Below are positions 1 to 12,400 of a DNA stretch of 64,000 bases, in pieces. This stretch comes from Parasitella parasitica NRRL 2501. Taxonomy: Eukaryota > Fungi > Mucoromycota. The notes under the pieces were generated by a model. That model made no database searches and was not told the origin of the DNA. It worked only from the letters and a program-made list of their open reading frames with translations. The stretch is taken from assembly GCA_025201805.1 (NCBI GenBank), contig MU619312.1:1-64000 (forward strand). Direction: 5' to 3'. Made by a program: the position numbers and the translations under genes. Each line of letters begins with the position of its first letter. The first letter of the stretch is position 1.

Positions 1-1443
1 ATTTACACAAGCGTATCACATCACATCATTGGACAATCTTCAATCTTCAATTGAAGTACATTGTCATGATCTTCTGTCTATAATTATGGCAGATCAATGC
101 AGCTGCAAATTTTAGTTTAGTTTATCTATTAAGGATAAATTAATTCGTTGGATAGTCAAGACAAAGGCTTTATCTAGGATTATATAGACAATATATAACT
201 AGTTGAATGCTCTGATACGACAGGAATTGTAGCAAGGAATTCTATACGGCTAGTCACTTTGATTCATACACTAGATTCAGTTCATACGATGATTTTATTT
301 CTCATAATCCCATACAAAAAAAAAAAAAAAATATTTATAACTCAACATGACATGTTCATGGACAATAGATACAATCTGTCGTTCCACTCTCTAAATCACA
401 CCATGTCTCACACTTGTATCTTATCCTCCCATCAGTCCACTTAGATTCACTGGTATATAAACCATCATTTTTTCCATGTAATAAACGAGAGCTTTACCTG
501 ATTAATTCACAACCGTTTTATTTGAATAATTTCTCATTCTGATAAATCAATCTCTTTATCAATCCTTGCTGCCGAGACGTCCTGGATGAATAATCCAATA
601 CAATTTAGGTTTATATCCATAATCATTTACCCTTGGAAATGTAGCATAAAAAGATAGTTTTTAAATGACATTTTGATGATCTTCATCCAAAAAAATAAAT
701 AACAGTTTTAAAAACTATTTTTTATATATTTTTACTAATAATTTCACAGTAAGACACTTCTTTATTAAGAACCGTGTCCCTGGGAACAACATCGAACACG
801 ACAAATATTATTATTAACATTCAACTAATAAAGACAATTCTACACCTTTGTAGTCCATATAAATCACAATCGTTACTGCTTTCCCATGAAGCCTAAATTG
901 GAAACAATCCAGTTACTGCATCAGTATGAAAATATACAGATTTTATTTTAATTAAATACATCGAAGATATTGCACCAAATTTATTTTGGTTGTGCGCCAA
1001 AACGTTTTTGGGTAGTGCACCAATAATTACCGGAAATAGTGTAGTTGCGTTGCTCCTCATCGGCAGTACGTGCTTATTAACTCTACCTTCCTGTTTATTT
1101 ATACAAAGCAAGATAATCTGTGTAAATGCTAAACAGTATTCTTGATATTTTTAAAAAGGAAAATCAGGATGAATTTTGACGTTTTTCTGCAAGTCTACTT
1201 CGCGAAGAGAACCAACGAAAGATAAATAAAAGGGTTTGTATTATTCTTATCATAGTTCTCAATTTGAATTAACGCGATTTATGTTTAGCAGTGTGCATTA
1301 TGCTGCCAGATATAAATACAAATACATGCGAAAAGTCTCATAAGATAAGAAACTGGAATGCTAAAAACTTATTTAAGTTCTCGAGCATCAGTTTGTCCAT
1401 TTATTGAGTAAGGCAAACGGATGTTGATTTAGATACATTTGTT

Positions 1444-2120
1444 TCAAAGATTTCTTAAAGGACTCTCATTAACAATCCTAGGGTTAGCAATGATCTAGCA
1501 AAACCATGAATACTCGGCCTTATTAGAATTCATTCCATTAATACTTACCTCAACCCAATAATCGTCAGGGTCAGCAATAAAAGCAATATTACTCATTTTA
1601 CCATCAGTCAACTTTTTAACGAATTTGACACCAAGAGACTCGAAACGCTCACACGATTTTTGAATATCGTCAACAACAATAGCAATATGGCCAAAACCAC
1701 GCCCGGTCTCACCATTACCATTAGCATAAGAAAAATCGTCTTTTTTCTCAGTACCCCAATTACTGAGAAATTCAACACGAGTCAATGCTCCGTAGAGATT
1801 GAGTTAAATTACGTACTTACTGCGTCAATTCGAGGACACCGGGGATACTAAATGCCAACTTTCTCTTTTCATCTTCACTCTCAGGAATAGAATCAACGTA
1901 AGCCAAGAAATAGAGAGTAAACTCTCCAGAAGAAAAGTCTGATTTGGTGATGAGCCTTGGAACAAACGAATTATCGTAAATTGTCATGCTTAACAAAAAT
2001 AATATATATTAAAACTTACTTCATACCGAGAATTTCGGTGTAAAATTCAATAGATTTTACAGGATCCTTCACACGGATCATGGTGTGGTTAAAGACATAC
2101 TTGGAAGGGTCAGTAGACAT
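1444..2120 (-). CDS. GLO1: Glyoxalase I (lactoylglutathione lyase), single-domain type, 4 exons
   Basis: Spliced reading [85 protein letters not shown]; metal-binding motifs NHTMIRV, LELTHNWG, GFGHI, DPDxYWVE; GT-AG introns. Confidence 0.95.
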
Positions 2121-2289
2121 GTTGCCGTGAAAAATAATTTAACAATAAATAAAGAAAGACAAACGAAGGTTACTCTAGTACCTGTCTACTTATAAAAACT
2201 ACGACTGCGTCAAGTTGAAGTCATTTATTGTTTCACCCGAAAATTATCGAATATGTACAGGGTTTATGCTCTTTTTGTATCATTTAAGT

Positions 2290-3927
2290 TTAGTCACAGA
2301 TAGAATTCTCCAAATCCTCTAAATAAGCACGTAAACTCTGCGATAAAAAAATTCAAAATTTGAATGTAAACTGCACTGCATAGTAAATTTTTACCTTGAC
2401 GCGACCGCCATCAATCCATTCTCTGCCTGCTAACTCAACGATTTTGTCCACAAAACTAAGCAAAGATTCTCCCATATAGATAAACGATATTTGAGGGTGC
2501 GTCATAATATTTCCTGCTATTTTCCTTGTACTGGATATGTTTTTGCGTTCCATCTCAATAGCTCCAACAGCTCTTACTGTCAATTCCACCAAAACTGAGG
2601 TCAAATTTTCTGCAGAAGTTATTGAACTGGACAAATGCATATTATCTCCATGCAACATGTCCAAATCTGATAAAGTGTACAATGCTGACAATACTAAAGT
2701 CATGTTGTCCATTATTTGCATAAATCGAATATCAATCCTTTTAACGTTTATGGTCGAGGATTTCTGCATATTTACATCTGTTGATTTTTCGCTAATGCGA
2801 TCCAAGTTTTCCGTAGTCCATTGACCGTAAATAGTCGCTAACACTCGACAATCGTGAACAAGTTTCTTTGATGCATACCCTATGAATGCGGATGCTTCCG
2901 CAATAAATTCAAGACCTGCCAGAATAGATGCCATCAACTGGTATTGTTAGTTAGTATACATATATTTATAAAGCAATCCGCATACATTCTCCCCTAAAGG
3001 CATTTCTACAAGATCTTTCATGTCACTGACAAGAGATTGCACTTTCTTGCATTCTGCATCTAAAGCATCCAACAAACCAACACAGAGTTTATGAAACCAA
3101 TCTTTCGCTACGTCAAGAAGCTGCTCATTTACAGGCAGGCCCATCGCCTTCCACTCCAATCCATTTTGTATGAGTGCGTCTCCGTATAATGCCATTTTGG
3201 TATCCAATAAGGATTGCAATCCTTTGATATCCTGTAACAAGTCATCAGACCTTGGTATAGTGTTGTTGATCGAGCTGCTCATGTCTTCGACAGATTGGAC
3301 ATAAGCGGCTAGTTTACTGATCCGAATATCGTACAATGTCCATTCAGGAAAGATTTCCTACGTTGTAAACGATTAAATATCGAAACATGTCGTATGGTTA
3401 CAAGTCTTACGACAAAAGGAAGAGTGTGGTCTCCGCTGAGTTCATCCGCTAGTCGCAAGACTATTGACAAGTGATCCCGCAATGAATCAAATGACTGATC
3501 TGGTTTCTGTAATAGTTCCAGCTCGATTCGCAGCAGCTTTTGTTTGTCATCAATAATTGTGTTGAATTCAGAAAAGGATATATTGTGATTTTGAGCTTGC
3601 TTTTTCAACCACTGCTCTGTGTTTGAGGTTAAATGTGGATTCAGCGTGCCGCTCATAGAGATTCGACGTAGAGTTGGCATAGGATTCTCCTCGTCCAAGG
3701 GTTTCTTGTACGCAACAAAAGGATGGAGTTGATTAGATGAGGTCATATCAACATCATCCATCGATACAGACAAACTTCGAGCAATATCGTTTGCTAAACT
3801 ACTCGATAACTTCTGCAATTTTCTGTCTTGTGCTGAATCTGTAAAGCTGCGTTTTCTCTTGATACTCTGATTGCTGGGGGATCCAGGAGTTGAGATAGTT
3901 TCTTTGCGATGATAGGTTGAATTGAGT

Positions 3928-3958
<31 letters not shown>

Positions 3959-4204
3959 NNNNNNNNNNCTTCGGCCTATATACATGATTAAAGCTTTACC
4001 TGCACTGCCATTGTTTTCGAACAAATCTTGGTTGAAGTTGACCTTATTAGTCGGTGCTGAGCCATTCAGCAGATTGTCTTCTATGATGATTTGTAATGAA
4101 TATTAATTTATCTTAAAATGTAGACAATAATTACCTAACAAACTCAAGACCATCTTGACACAATTTGTCCATGCATCTTGTTCAGAGTGCAATCTATCAA
4201 ACAT
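2290..4204 (-). CDS. Multi-exon hypothetical protein, predicted helical; crosses assembly gap 3959-3968
   Basis: ORFs 3309-3818, 2947-3336 and 2353-2937 join through GT..AG introns; ATG at 4204; last exon SLRAYLEDLENSICD*. No recognisable domain. Confidence 0.7.
3959..3968. other. Assembly gap next to a long poly-T
   Basis: Run of n. Confidence 0.99.
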
Positions 4205-4450
4205 GGTCTGATTGAGGGAGAAAGTGAGTAACAAAAAAAACTTCATGTCACGTTAAAAAATTCGAGTTTCAAGTGACCTATCAAAAGCAGCAAGTTGTGC
4301 CAGAAATGTATATACTCGGCAGAAAATTTAATCTCGTGTTCATTGAAAATGGAAAAAATCCCAAAAAAGATGAAATGTCCATTTGATTTATAAGGGTCCT
4401 TCAAACAACACATCATACTCCTTCTTTTACTCACTTATTTCTCCACAAAA

Positions 4451-5338
4451 ATGACTTGTCCATTTCAGCAAATAAACATTGAATCTTACACAAGACAGCA
4501 GAATTGCACCTGGTATACAATCCATCTGAAGCTAAACAATAACCAAAAGGTTCAAATCCAACATAAAGATGCCGATTTTGTTCAACTTTCTCGATCGATT
4601 CATCAGCAATTCAAACTGACAAGTGAACGGCTAATAGAGATAAAAAGCCAATACACCTTTTTGAAGAAGAAGGGGACACTCAAATTTCATGAAAGAATGT
4701 GGGAGTTGCAACATTTCTGCAACCAGTTACTATTGTTGCCAGACGTAACATGCTCGGAACCATTCGTTTCATTTTTTTCTAGAAGTACAACCACCACTGC
4801 TGCGTCTAATTCGATAAAAAGGGCTTTCTCTCTCTTTTCCAACAAGAAACAGCAACAACATCTTCATGCTGAAATTTGCGATGCATTTACCCAATTTAAT
4901 AATATCCAAAAGGCAGACAACTGCATTCGTTGTAGTACTACTAGCACAACAAGCACAACAAGCACAACAAGCACAGTTAGCAGCAGCGTACTATCCTCAT
5001 CTAGCCTGGGCTCTACAGACGAAGGCGACACTGTTAAAATTAAGATCATCTATGACATTGACAATATCATTATCATCCGTGTTTCCCGTAGTGTGCCTCT
5101 TGACGAACTGAGATCTCAAGTACTTCAGAAATTTGCCTTGCTCAACATCCATTTTCCAGATCAATTACACTTACGTACAGTCGATTGTGCATGGTACGCA
5201 TCAGGGTTGGGTTCCTCCGCCATCTGCTCCGTTCCAGCCGATGGCGGTTTGAGCACCGATATTCTCATCCGAGATCAGCAACACCTTTCAAGGGCAATGT
5301 TTTCAAGAAAAAAGGTGACACTCCGATGTGTAGTGTAG
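4451..5338 (+). CDS. PX-like plus PB1 domain protein (Bem1/p40phox-like architecture without SH3), intronless
   Basis: N-terminal PX-like pattern (WYTIHL..DFVQLSRSI..ERMWELQHFCNQLLLLP..SEPFVSFF), Ser/Thr linker, C-terminal PB1-like VKIKIIY..IIIIRVSRSVPLDELRSQVLQKF..KVTLRC. Confidence 0.7.
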   Translation: MTCPFQQINIESYTRQQNCTWYTIHLKLNNNQKVQIQHKDADFVQLSRSIHQQFKLTSERLIEIKSQYTFLKKKGTLKFHERMWELQHFCNQLLLLPDVTCSEPFVSFFSRSTTTTAASNSIKRAFSLFSNKKQQQHLHAEICDAFTQFNNIQKADNCIRCSTTSTTSTTSTTSTVSSSVLSSSSLGSTDEGDTVKIKIIYDIDNIIIIRVSRSVPLDELRSQVLQKFALLNIHFPDQLHLRTVDCAWYASGLGSSAICSVPADGGLSTDILIRDQQHLSRAMFSRKKVTLRCVV

Positions 5339-6489
5339 ATCTTTATGAACTCAACACTGTAACATTACAACATACCTATTGATTAGTTGATATTATATTT
5401 TTATTCCCCTTGCGTCTCTTGTTTTAACAGTAAATCAGGAGCCTTTTTGTTCCATCTATGCCCATCTTTTGTATAATAACAACATATGTATATTATAATC
5501 TCAATAAATAAGAATGTCTAGACCATATAATCACATTACAGAAATTTTTCAAGTCGTTATAGTATCACACTTGCATTATTTTGCATGACAGTTTGCCACC
5601 TTTGTTTTTGTTGTTTTCATCTAAGAATAGAATGTCCCTTTGTTTTAATAGGGTGTCTAAAATGTCTGAAGGTTCCCTTTCTTCACGTTACCTCCGCCTG
5701 TCAAATCATGAGACAAGAAAATAGTTATCAACGGGAACAACTTGAAGGCATCTGTAATCCCTTATGGCTTCGTCATATGTACCGCCTTGATCAGGGTTCT
5801 CTGAAGGGAAATATGACTATCTTTGTTTCCAAAGAAAGGCAGATGAACAAAGCAAGTCAGGGACTCGTAGCACTCTCCCTCCCCTCTATTGCATTATGAA
5901 CAGCCCTTACTTTTGTGGTAGCCGCTATCAACGTAGCAATTCTCTTTTCCATATTGCAAAACCTTCCAACAGATGTTTCAACTCTGTAATGAATCAAAAT
6001 AGGGATTAATACAGAGAAACCTCACGAGTGCCGTATGCTTTTTGTTGACACAAGTCTCAGGTCCCAAGTTTTCGTCATTATTAAAAATACGTCTGATTTG
6101 TTTGACATGCACGATATATCCTGATGATAGCCGTACAGATAAATCATGATTTGTAATGAGCATATATATCCTATTATCTCCGTTTTCAGGGTTGTCATGA
6201 AACTTTCTCGGGTGTTGCAACGCTCACCCGTCCCGATGCAATGTATACAATCTCATTTTACCTAAACATTCTATCTATTCTATCAGAAAAGCATCGGTTC
6301 AAGCTTCTTTTTAAAGACAAATGAGCTGATTTACTCTTAAAAAAAAAGAGAGAGAGAGAAAGAGAGAAAGAAAGAAAAATCATGCGCCTAATCTGAGAGT
6401 TGAAATATTGAAAGGACATTAATCGATATATACTGATAAGAAATTGCTCTGTCATGTGCTGAATTCTTGACTTCATTTAACATCCTACC

Positions 6490-7860
6490 TCTGTTTTACA
6501 GATCCAACATACGAAGTGCGAGCAGTCTACTTTATTGTGTAAGCTAGGAAGGAACGACTTGATGGCCAATATCAACCTATATTTGTTGTGATGGACAAGG
6601 AATGATCAAGGACTATGGTAACCAAAATTTAAAGAGCAAGGATATCATTGCTAAAATCAACAATACAGCCCTCAGATGGAATAACTGTCATCTGAACCAA
6701 GAGGTATGCAAAGCTAACATTGTTTAGTGCAAGGAAAAAGCCTGAGGATATTCGAAACAAGCGGAGGAAGAGGAAAAAGAAAAGGTAAAAAGTTAATAAA
6801 ATTTAGGTTTGTAAATGGTCTACTTACAAACCAAGACATAATAGCAGGCAAAAGATAAAACACAGAATGATGGCCTTGCAAAAGAAGCTAGTCAAAGCTT
6901 GCAAGACAAACTAAACATGGCTCATCCTGAACAATTGGAAAAGGAGCGAAAATCGATTGAAGAATAGTAAGGAAAAAGGGTCAAGCACTTTACAAAAGGT
7001 GAAGCCAACCAAATTGTTGATAGCAAAGCCAGCAAGCTGCGTACAGAGAGAGTGTAGAAAGCATTTTCAAAGGAATACAAGTAAAGGGTAAGAAAGATGG
7101 CTCAAAAATAGGAAATATTATAAGGCAATTTATAGCAATGAACTTGATAGATGGAACGCAGGTTCTTTTGTAAGTGTCCTAATTCATATTTGTATGCGGC
7201 ATTTTTAATCATCATTTCAACCAAAATACAAACCAAAAGCTTCAAATACACTAGCCAATATCACAGAAATGAATCGAAAACATAAGGGTTATTTAGTTCC
7301 AATGAGAAGAGAGTGTTTAGCATCATTTTTAAGCGAAAACAGATGGCGACATGCCATATGGATTATCTGCACAGTTCCCAAATCGAAATCTTGACTTTGG
7401 CGATGAGCAAAAAGCTTTATTGGAAATAAAATTATGTCTAAGTGGTACATTTATAATGAAAGTTATAATGCTTCAACAGCGTACGCAAGAGCACCGTCGT
7501 CTATTTCAAGTGGATAGCCTGTCTTCGACAAGAGAAACAATATACAATTCTGTAAGCCAAATAGAGGATATGTATCTAATTATTTGTTGACTCCCACCGT
7601 AACTCCAGAGCATGGACAGCGATTAGACCGAAGTAACAATAATACAGCAACTAGATGTAATACCACAATCCTATCGCCTTCATTGAATGTAATTTCATCA
7701 ACATTTAGAAACACAAATCATTAGAATAGCAGCAAAAAATTCGACGACGATAACGATAAGAATAGACCGACTTACAAAGGCAATTCAGTCAACTGTGAAT
7801 AAATCTACAGTACTACTTCCCGACTTCAGGGCATTTGATCGCTTTAAAAACCATAAGAAT
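6490..7860 (+). pseudogene. Decayed intron-containing coding-like region (pseudogene or TE relic)
   Basis: Purine-rich protein-like fragments (EEEEKEK/QAKDKTQNDGLAKEASQSLQDKLNMAHPEQLEKERK) around a plausible GT..AG intron at about 6785-6844, broken by stops and frameshifts. Confidence 0.3.
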
Positions 7861-7984
7861 GCAGCGATATCTATTATAGTATAAATATGATGTTTTTTTT
7901 ATGTAGTGTTTATTAAGATACAAAGTTTGAGTTTATTAGAATATGAGAGTACGAAGGCAAATTTCTATGGATAGACATTCTTGT

Positions 7985-8593
7985 TTAATCCTTAGATTCT
8001 TGTGCAGCCTTCTTGGACTTTCTGGTAGCTTTTCTGGACTTCTTGGATTCTTTCTTTGCCTTCTTGCTGGACTTCTTGGCAGCTTTCTTCGATTTCTTGC
8101 TGGCCTTTTCGGAAGCCTTTTTTCCCTCCTTACTACTTGTGGCAGAGGCAGAAGCAGTGGTAGCGGTAGTGGAAGTGGAGTGAGAGGTAGTAGTGAGAAC
8201 GGTTGCAGTGGGTTGCTCGAGAGAGATGGTTGTTTCACTGACATTGCTACTATTAAAGGTAGCAGATACGTTACCAAAAGATGCAGAAGCAGAAACAGAA
8301 CCTGAGGCAGAAGGTGATGCAGTAGCACTAGCTGATCCCATACCAGTAGTAGGAATGAATATGGTAGTTGCAGTGCTCATGGCAGGGACATTGGAAGTAG
8401 AAAGATTGATATGAGTAAAGCCGCTAGCGCTAGAATTTGCGCTGTTTGTGTTATTGAAAGCTTCGACGGGATCAAAGTTTCTAATGTTTTTGACATTGGC
8501 AGTGGCGATTGCATCAGGTACGCCAGCAATTGCACCAGTTGTGACAACGGCAACAGCAGCAGTTAAAGAAATCAAACAGAAGGAGCGAGCCAT
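7985..8593 (-). CDS. Putative secreted Ser/Thr/Ala-rich protein with Lys-rich C-terminal tail, 202 aa
   Basis: Signal-peptide-like N-terminus MARSFCLISLTAAVAVVTTGAIAG, mucin-like core with N-x-S/T sequons, tail of KKAS/KKSK repeats. Confidence 0.8.
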   Translation of the reverse strand: MARSFCLISLTAAVAVVTTGAIAGVPDAIATANVKNIRNFDPVEAFNNTNSANSSASGFTHINLSTSNVPAMSTATTIFIPTTGMGSASATASPSASGSVSASASFGNVSATFNSSNVSETTISLEQPTATVLTTTSHSTSTTATTASASATSSKEGKKASEKASKKSKKAAKKSSKKAKKESKKSRKATRKSKKAAQESKD

Positions 8594-9458
8594 AGTTTTA
8601 AATGATTGTTTTTACTTGAACAAGTTGATTCTCTTTTGGTTTCTTCCTGCAGATCTGTATTTATATCAAAAATCAAGTTTTTTGTTGACCGATTTACTAG
8701 TTTTAAGCTTTTTATAGGCTTCCACTAAGATTGGTCAATGATGATGAGGTGGGCCATTTATGTTTCACGTTCTTTACAATATTGGGTTAAACAGAACGTA
8801 GTTATTCGAAGATCAAGTCATTAATAATAAGCATGTAAAAATATGTCAGGAAAAGGCTTTAATTGTTAGATAAGATGATCGCTGTTGCATATCAAAAACG
8901 TCAAATATCTAATGACGATCACTTTGTAATTTGCACATAACAGGTGCCTCATTTTAGAGTTTGAGACATTTGAAGTTTGAGAAGGGACAAAGGCAAATGA
9001 TAAAGGATAAGTGCTACAAATTCATTGTGGCATTTCACAATGGGTAGTTTATTTGAAAATTACAACAAGTGAAATATTTGATTGCTTATATATACTATTT
9101 AAAATATCCCCTGTTCCTCAGCTTGCTCGATTTTCAAGTGGAAAAATAATTAAGAAATCAAACAAACTCTCGTATAATTTTATCCGGAGCCAAACTTCTC
9201 TGTGTTTAGTGTTTAGATGTTTGTCCAATGTGAAATAAGCAGCTACAAATCGAATCAATCAGTTGAAACGAATGTTTTTGCTCTGGACACAACATCATCC
9301 CATCTACCAAGCTGTATTTTGTTTTTCATACACTCATAAAAACTAAATATAATGTATTCTGCCCACATTCAACATGCAACCTCAGAGATTGTTATACAGA
9401 CACGGGATGAAAATTGTACATGTATAGTTTTATTGTATATAATATATATGTCGACACC

Positions 9459-12400
9459 TTAAAACTCATCTGCATCATCAAGCTCGTCACCTTCATCAAT
9501 CAAATGTTCCTCTGACCCATCATAATCCTCTAGTAAAACATCAGTGTGCTCATCTTGGCCTAAGGCGGTGTAACCAGATGCACGTCTTCTTGACATGAAA
9601 GATGGCAAACTCCAGTTACTAAAGAAGTTCAAATCAGATAGCGATCTGGGTATTTGAATGCGAGAGAGAATGCCAATAATGGCAACGGGAATAACAACAG
9701 CAGCAGCAGCTATTTTGGTAATAATTGGGCTTGATAAAAAGTCTGAGCTCATTTGTTGAGTGCTATCGGGAAGACGGATACGGCTATTGTATAGGAAAAG
9801 ACAGTAAGAATGAGTGTTACGACCTCCCCCCCCCCTCTTTTTTTTACGCAGAATCATGTCTATATTTACCCAAATCCACCACGTTTACGATAATGCAATG
9901 CGGCAAACACAAGGCCAGCAGCAATAATGGGTGCAAAAATGAATGCAACCCATCCACTACTTGAATGGCTTGCACCAGGACACCACATTTGATCTGCGCC
10001 AATCTTTTCCAATTCTTTCCCTCCTTGGCAGCTAGAAGCAGCAATTTTACGGTAACTAGAAAACAGTACAGGTTAACAGGACAATAATTTACACAGATAT
10101 TCTGGACCATGTCTTACCCTGTAGGTGTATAGTAGAAATCCCTGGTACCATCGCAAGTTGGCTCTAAAGGCGAATATCCAGGAACCAAGACGCACTTGTT
10201 GTTGGAATCACGGATAAAGTTGAAATCACTATGAATGCGATAAAAAAAAAAAAATCATGATTAGAGTTTATACGTAATTTTTGCAGCATGCTGATAATGT
10301 ACCATTCATAATCCTCTTCAGTACAAGAGCAGTTACGAACAATTTCTCTCGGCTGAACCAGCTTTTCACCAATGTAGCAGTTGTGGTCTTGAATGCGACG
10401 GAAATATTTTGTTTCTCTACCAAACAAGCATTGTTCGCCTCTTGTGTCTTCAGGACTCCACAGTTCGAAATCGTCATCATTGGGATGCTCGTTATCCAAG
10501 ACACATTTTGTAGGATGTAATGAGCTGAAGTCGACGTGGAAAGCAACAGATTTGCCATTCTTCAAGCCAAACAACACATATTTTTGGCTTGTGCCGTCAG
10601 GCTGAGTAATGATATCCTCAATAATTATCTTTTCACTGCGCTTGGCAAATTCATAGGTGTTCCATGTTATGCCTTCGTTGGTTGTGTACTTTAAGACGTT
10701 GGTGGGTTGCTCGTTATCAACAATGATTAATAATGCGCCTTGGTCAGCAAACTCCCAAAGATGAGCACCCTTTGCAATTTCGTACCATGTTTTACCAGCA
10801 TCTCGAGTCAGGAACATATCACCATCGCGGTAAGGAGACAAACTGTAGCCTACACTCCCGACGCCAACCATTAGGCCAACTGCACTAGACAAACTAAAGA
10901 GGTCGCGAGAGTTCTGTCTTTCAGAGTAACAGTGCAAGTGCAGAGAACAATCAGAGCCCTGACAGTCGTATGGTTGGCCGGCGCTGTCCTTTCTAGGAGG
11001 TGCCAATGAGGTCCAATGACCACCAGCATCTGCCGTTTTACGAGTAACTAGTTTCTTGGGATCACCCTTGTTTGCTTGTCCAGGATTGCTTACAACATTA
11101 GCGATTGCGATACCTTCAATGCCCTGCATCTTTTCAAAGTCGACAATACCCATTTCGTTACGGTTGGTATTTTCAAGTGATGCAACATAGTAAGTACCGT
11201 TGGAGTTGGAGGTGAAGATGGTGCCGTATTCACTGCCTCTGTGCGTGTTGGTGGAGACGTGGATCCACATTGAGTTGGCAGACTCCATAATTGTGAATGC
11301 TTCGGGAGACAAGTCAAATGAGGCAGGGAAGGAGGCAGCTGCGAATGTAATGCCATCCAAGCTGACGTGCAAACGAAGGTTAGCGCCACCGTTCTTGGAA
11401 GCGGCAACGACCATGTACTTTCCAAACACTGTTACGCCGACAATGTCTTCAAACAGGATCTTTTTATCATGAAAGTAGTTTTGCGAAGAGACAAATTGCA
11501 CAGGATTGCCAAAGAGTGCCAATTGATTTCCAGATTGCTCGCGATATTGCTCGCAGAAGATTGAATTACGATGTGTAGCGTCGATAGACCCCTCTCTACC
11601 CCAAATGCAACTGCGCATGTAGGTGCCCAAGGAAGCCCAGCTACGGCCATGATCGCGGGAATAGAAAGCCTCAGAATGGCAGTTGCTTGCAAGAGCATCG
11701 CAGTTTCTCTCGCCCATATAAAGGACATAATCAGGATCGTCGTTGTGGAAACTCATGACAGTGCCAGGGAGGAAATCAAGAGGCGCAATAGGTGTTTTGA
11801 TTTCATTGAAGCCAGATGCTTTGTCGCTTGTGACAAAATGGGTTCTGCCTTCAGTGATAAAGAACGCACGCTGATCAAAATGAGGGTTTTGGTAAATTGA
11901 GATGACCTTGTGGCCCGGGAAGAGTTCTTTCCAGCTATAGCCATCATTATCGCTCAGCCATACTTTACCGTCCAAGGTTCGCACAATGACATGATCAGTA
12001 TCAGTAAAATAGACGTAATCTACAACGCGGTCTGTGAATTCCGTTATGCTGGAGGAGATACCACCGCTTGATCCACAGGGCCATTCCTTCTGATCTTCGA
12101 GATTAATTCCGCCAGAGCAAGTGCTCTTGACATTCTTCTTGTAGCCAGAGCGTCCTCTAAAGGTACTTCCAGGGCTGCATTTAGGTGGTCTATCGGGATG
12201 TCTGTCCTTGAATATGCACTCGTTGTTTTCATTGCGCCAGAAACCAAAGTCGCATTCAAAATCGATATCACGACATTCGCAGTTCTCAGTAATGACTTCA
12301 GGTTCGTGGAATTGAGCATTGACAATGCAGACCACATCCTTCTTGCGGCGCCAGTAGGCAGTCTTCTTGCCAAGCAGGCATGCATAATCACCGTCATCAT

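Noticed and set aside
3309-4024. Apparent frameshifts between consecutive ORFs (programmed recoding)
   Set aside because: Explained by ordinary introns; the poly-Lys ORF comes from an intronic poly-A beside an assembly gap
9660-9730. Second hydrophobic segment in the Vps10 cytoplasmic tail as a novel extra TM
   Set aside because: A similar segment after the RIRL/QIRL motif is, as far as I recall, common in filamentous-fungal Vps10 tails
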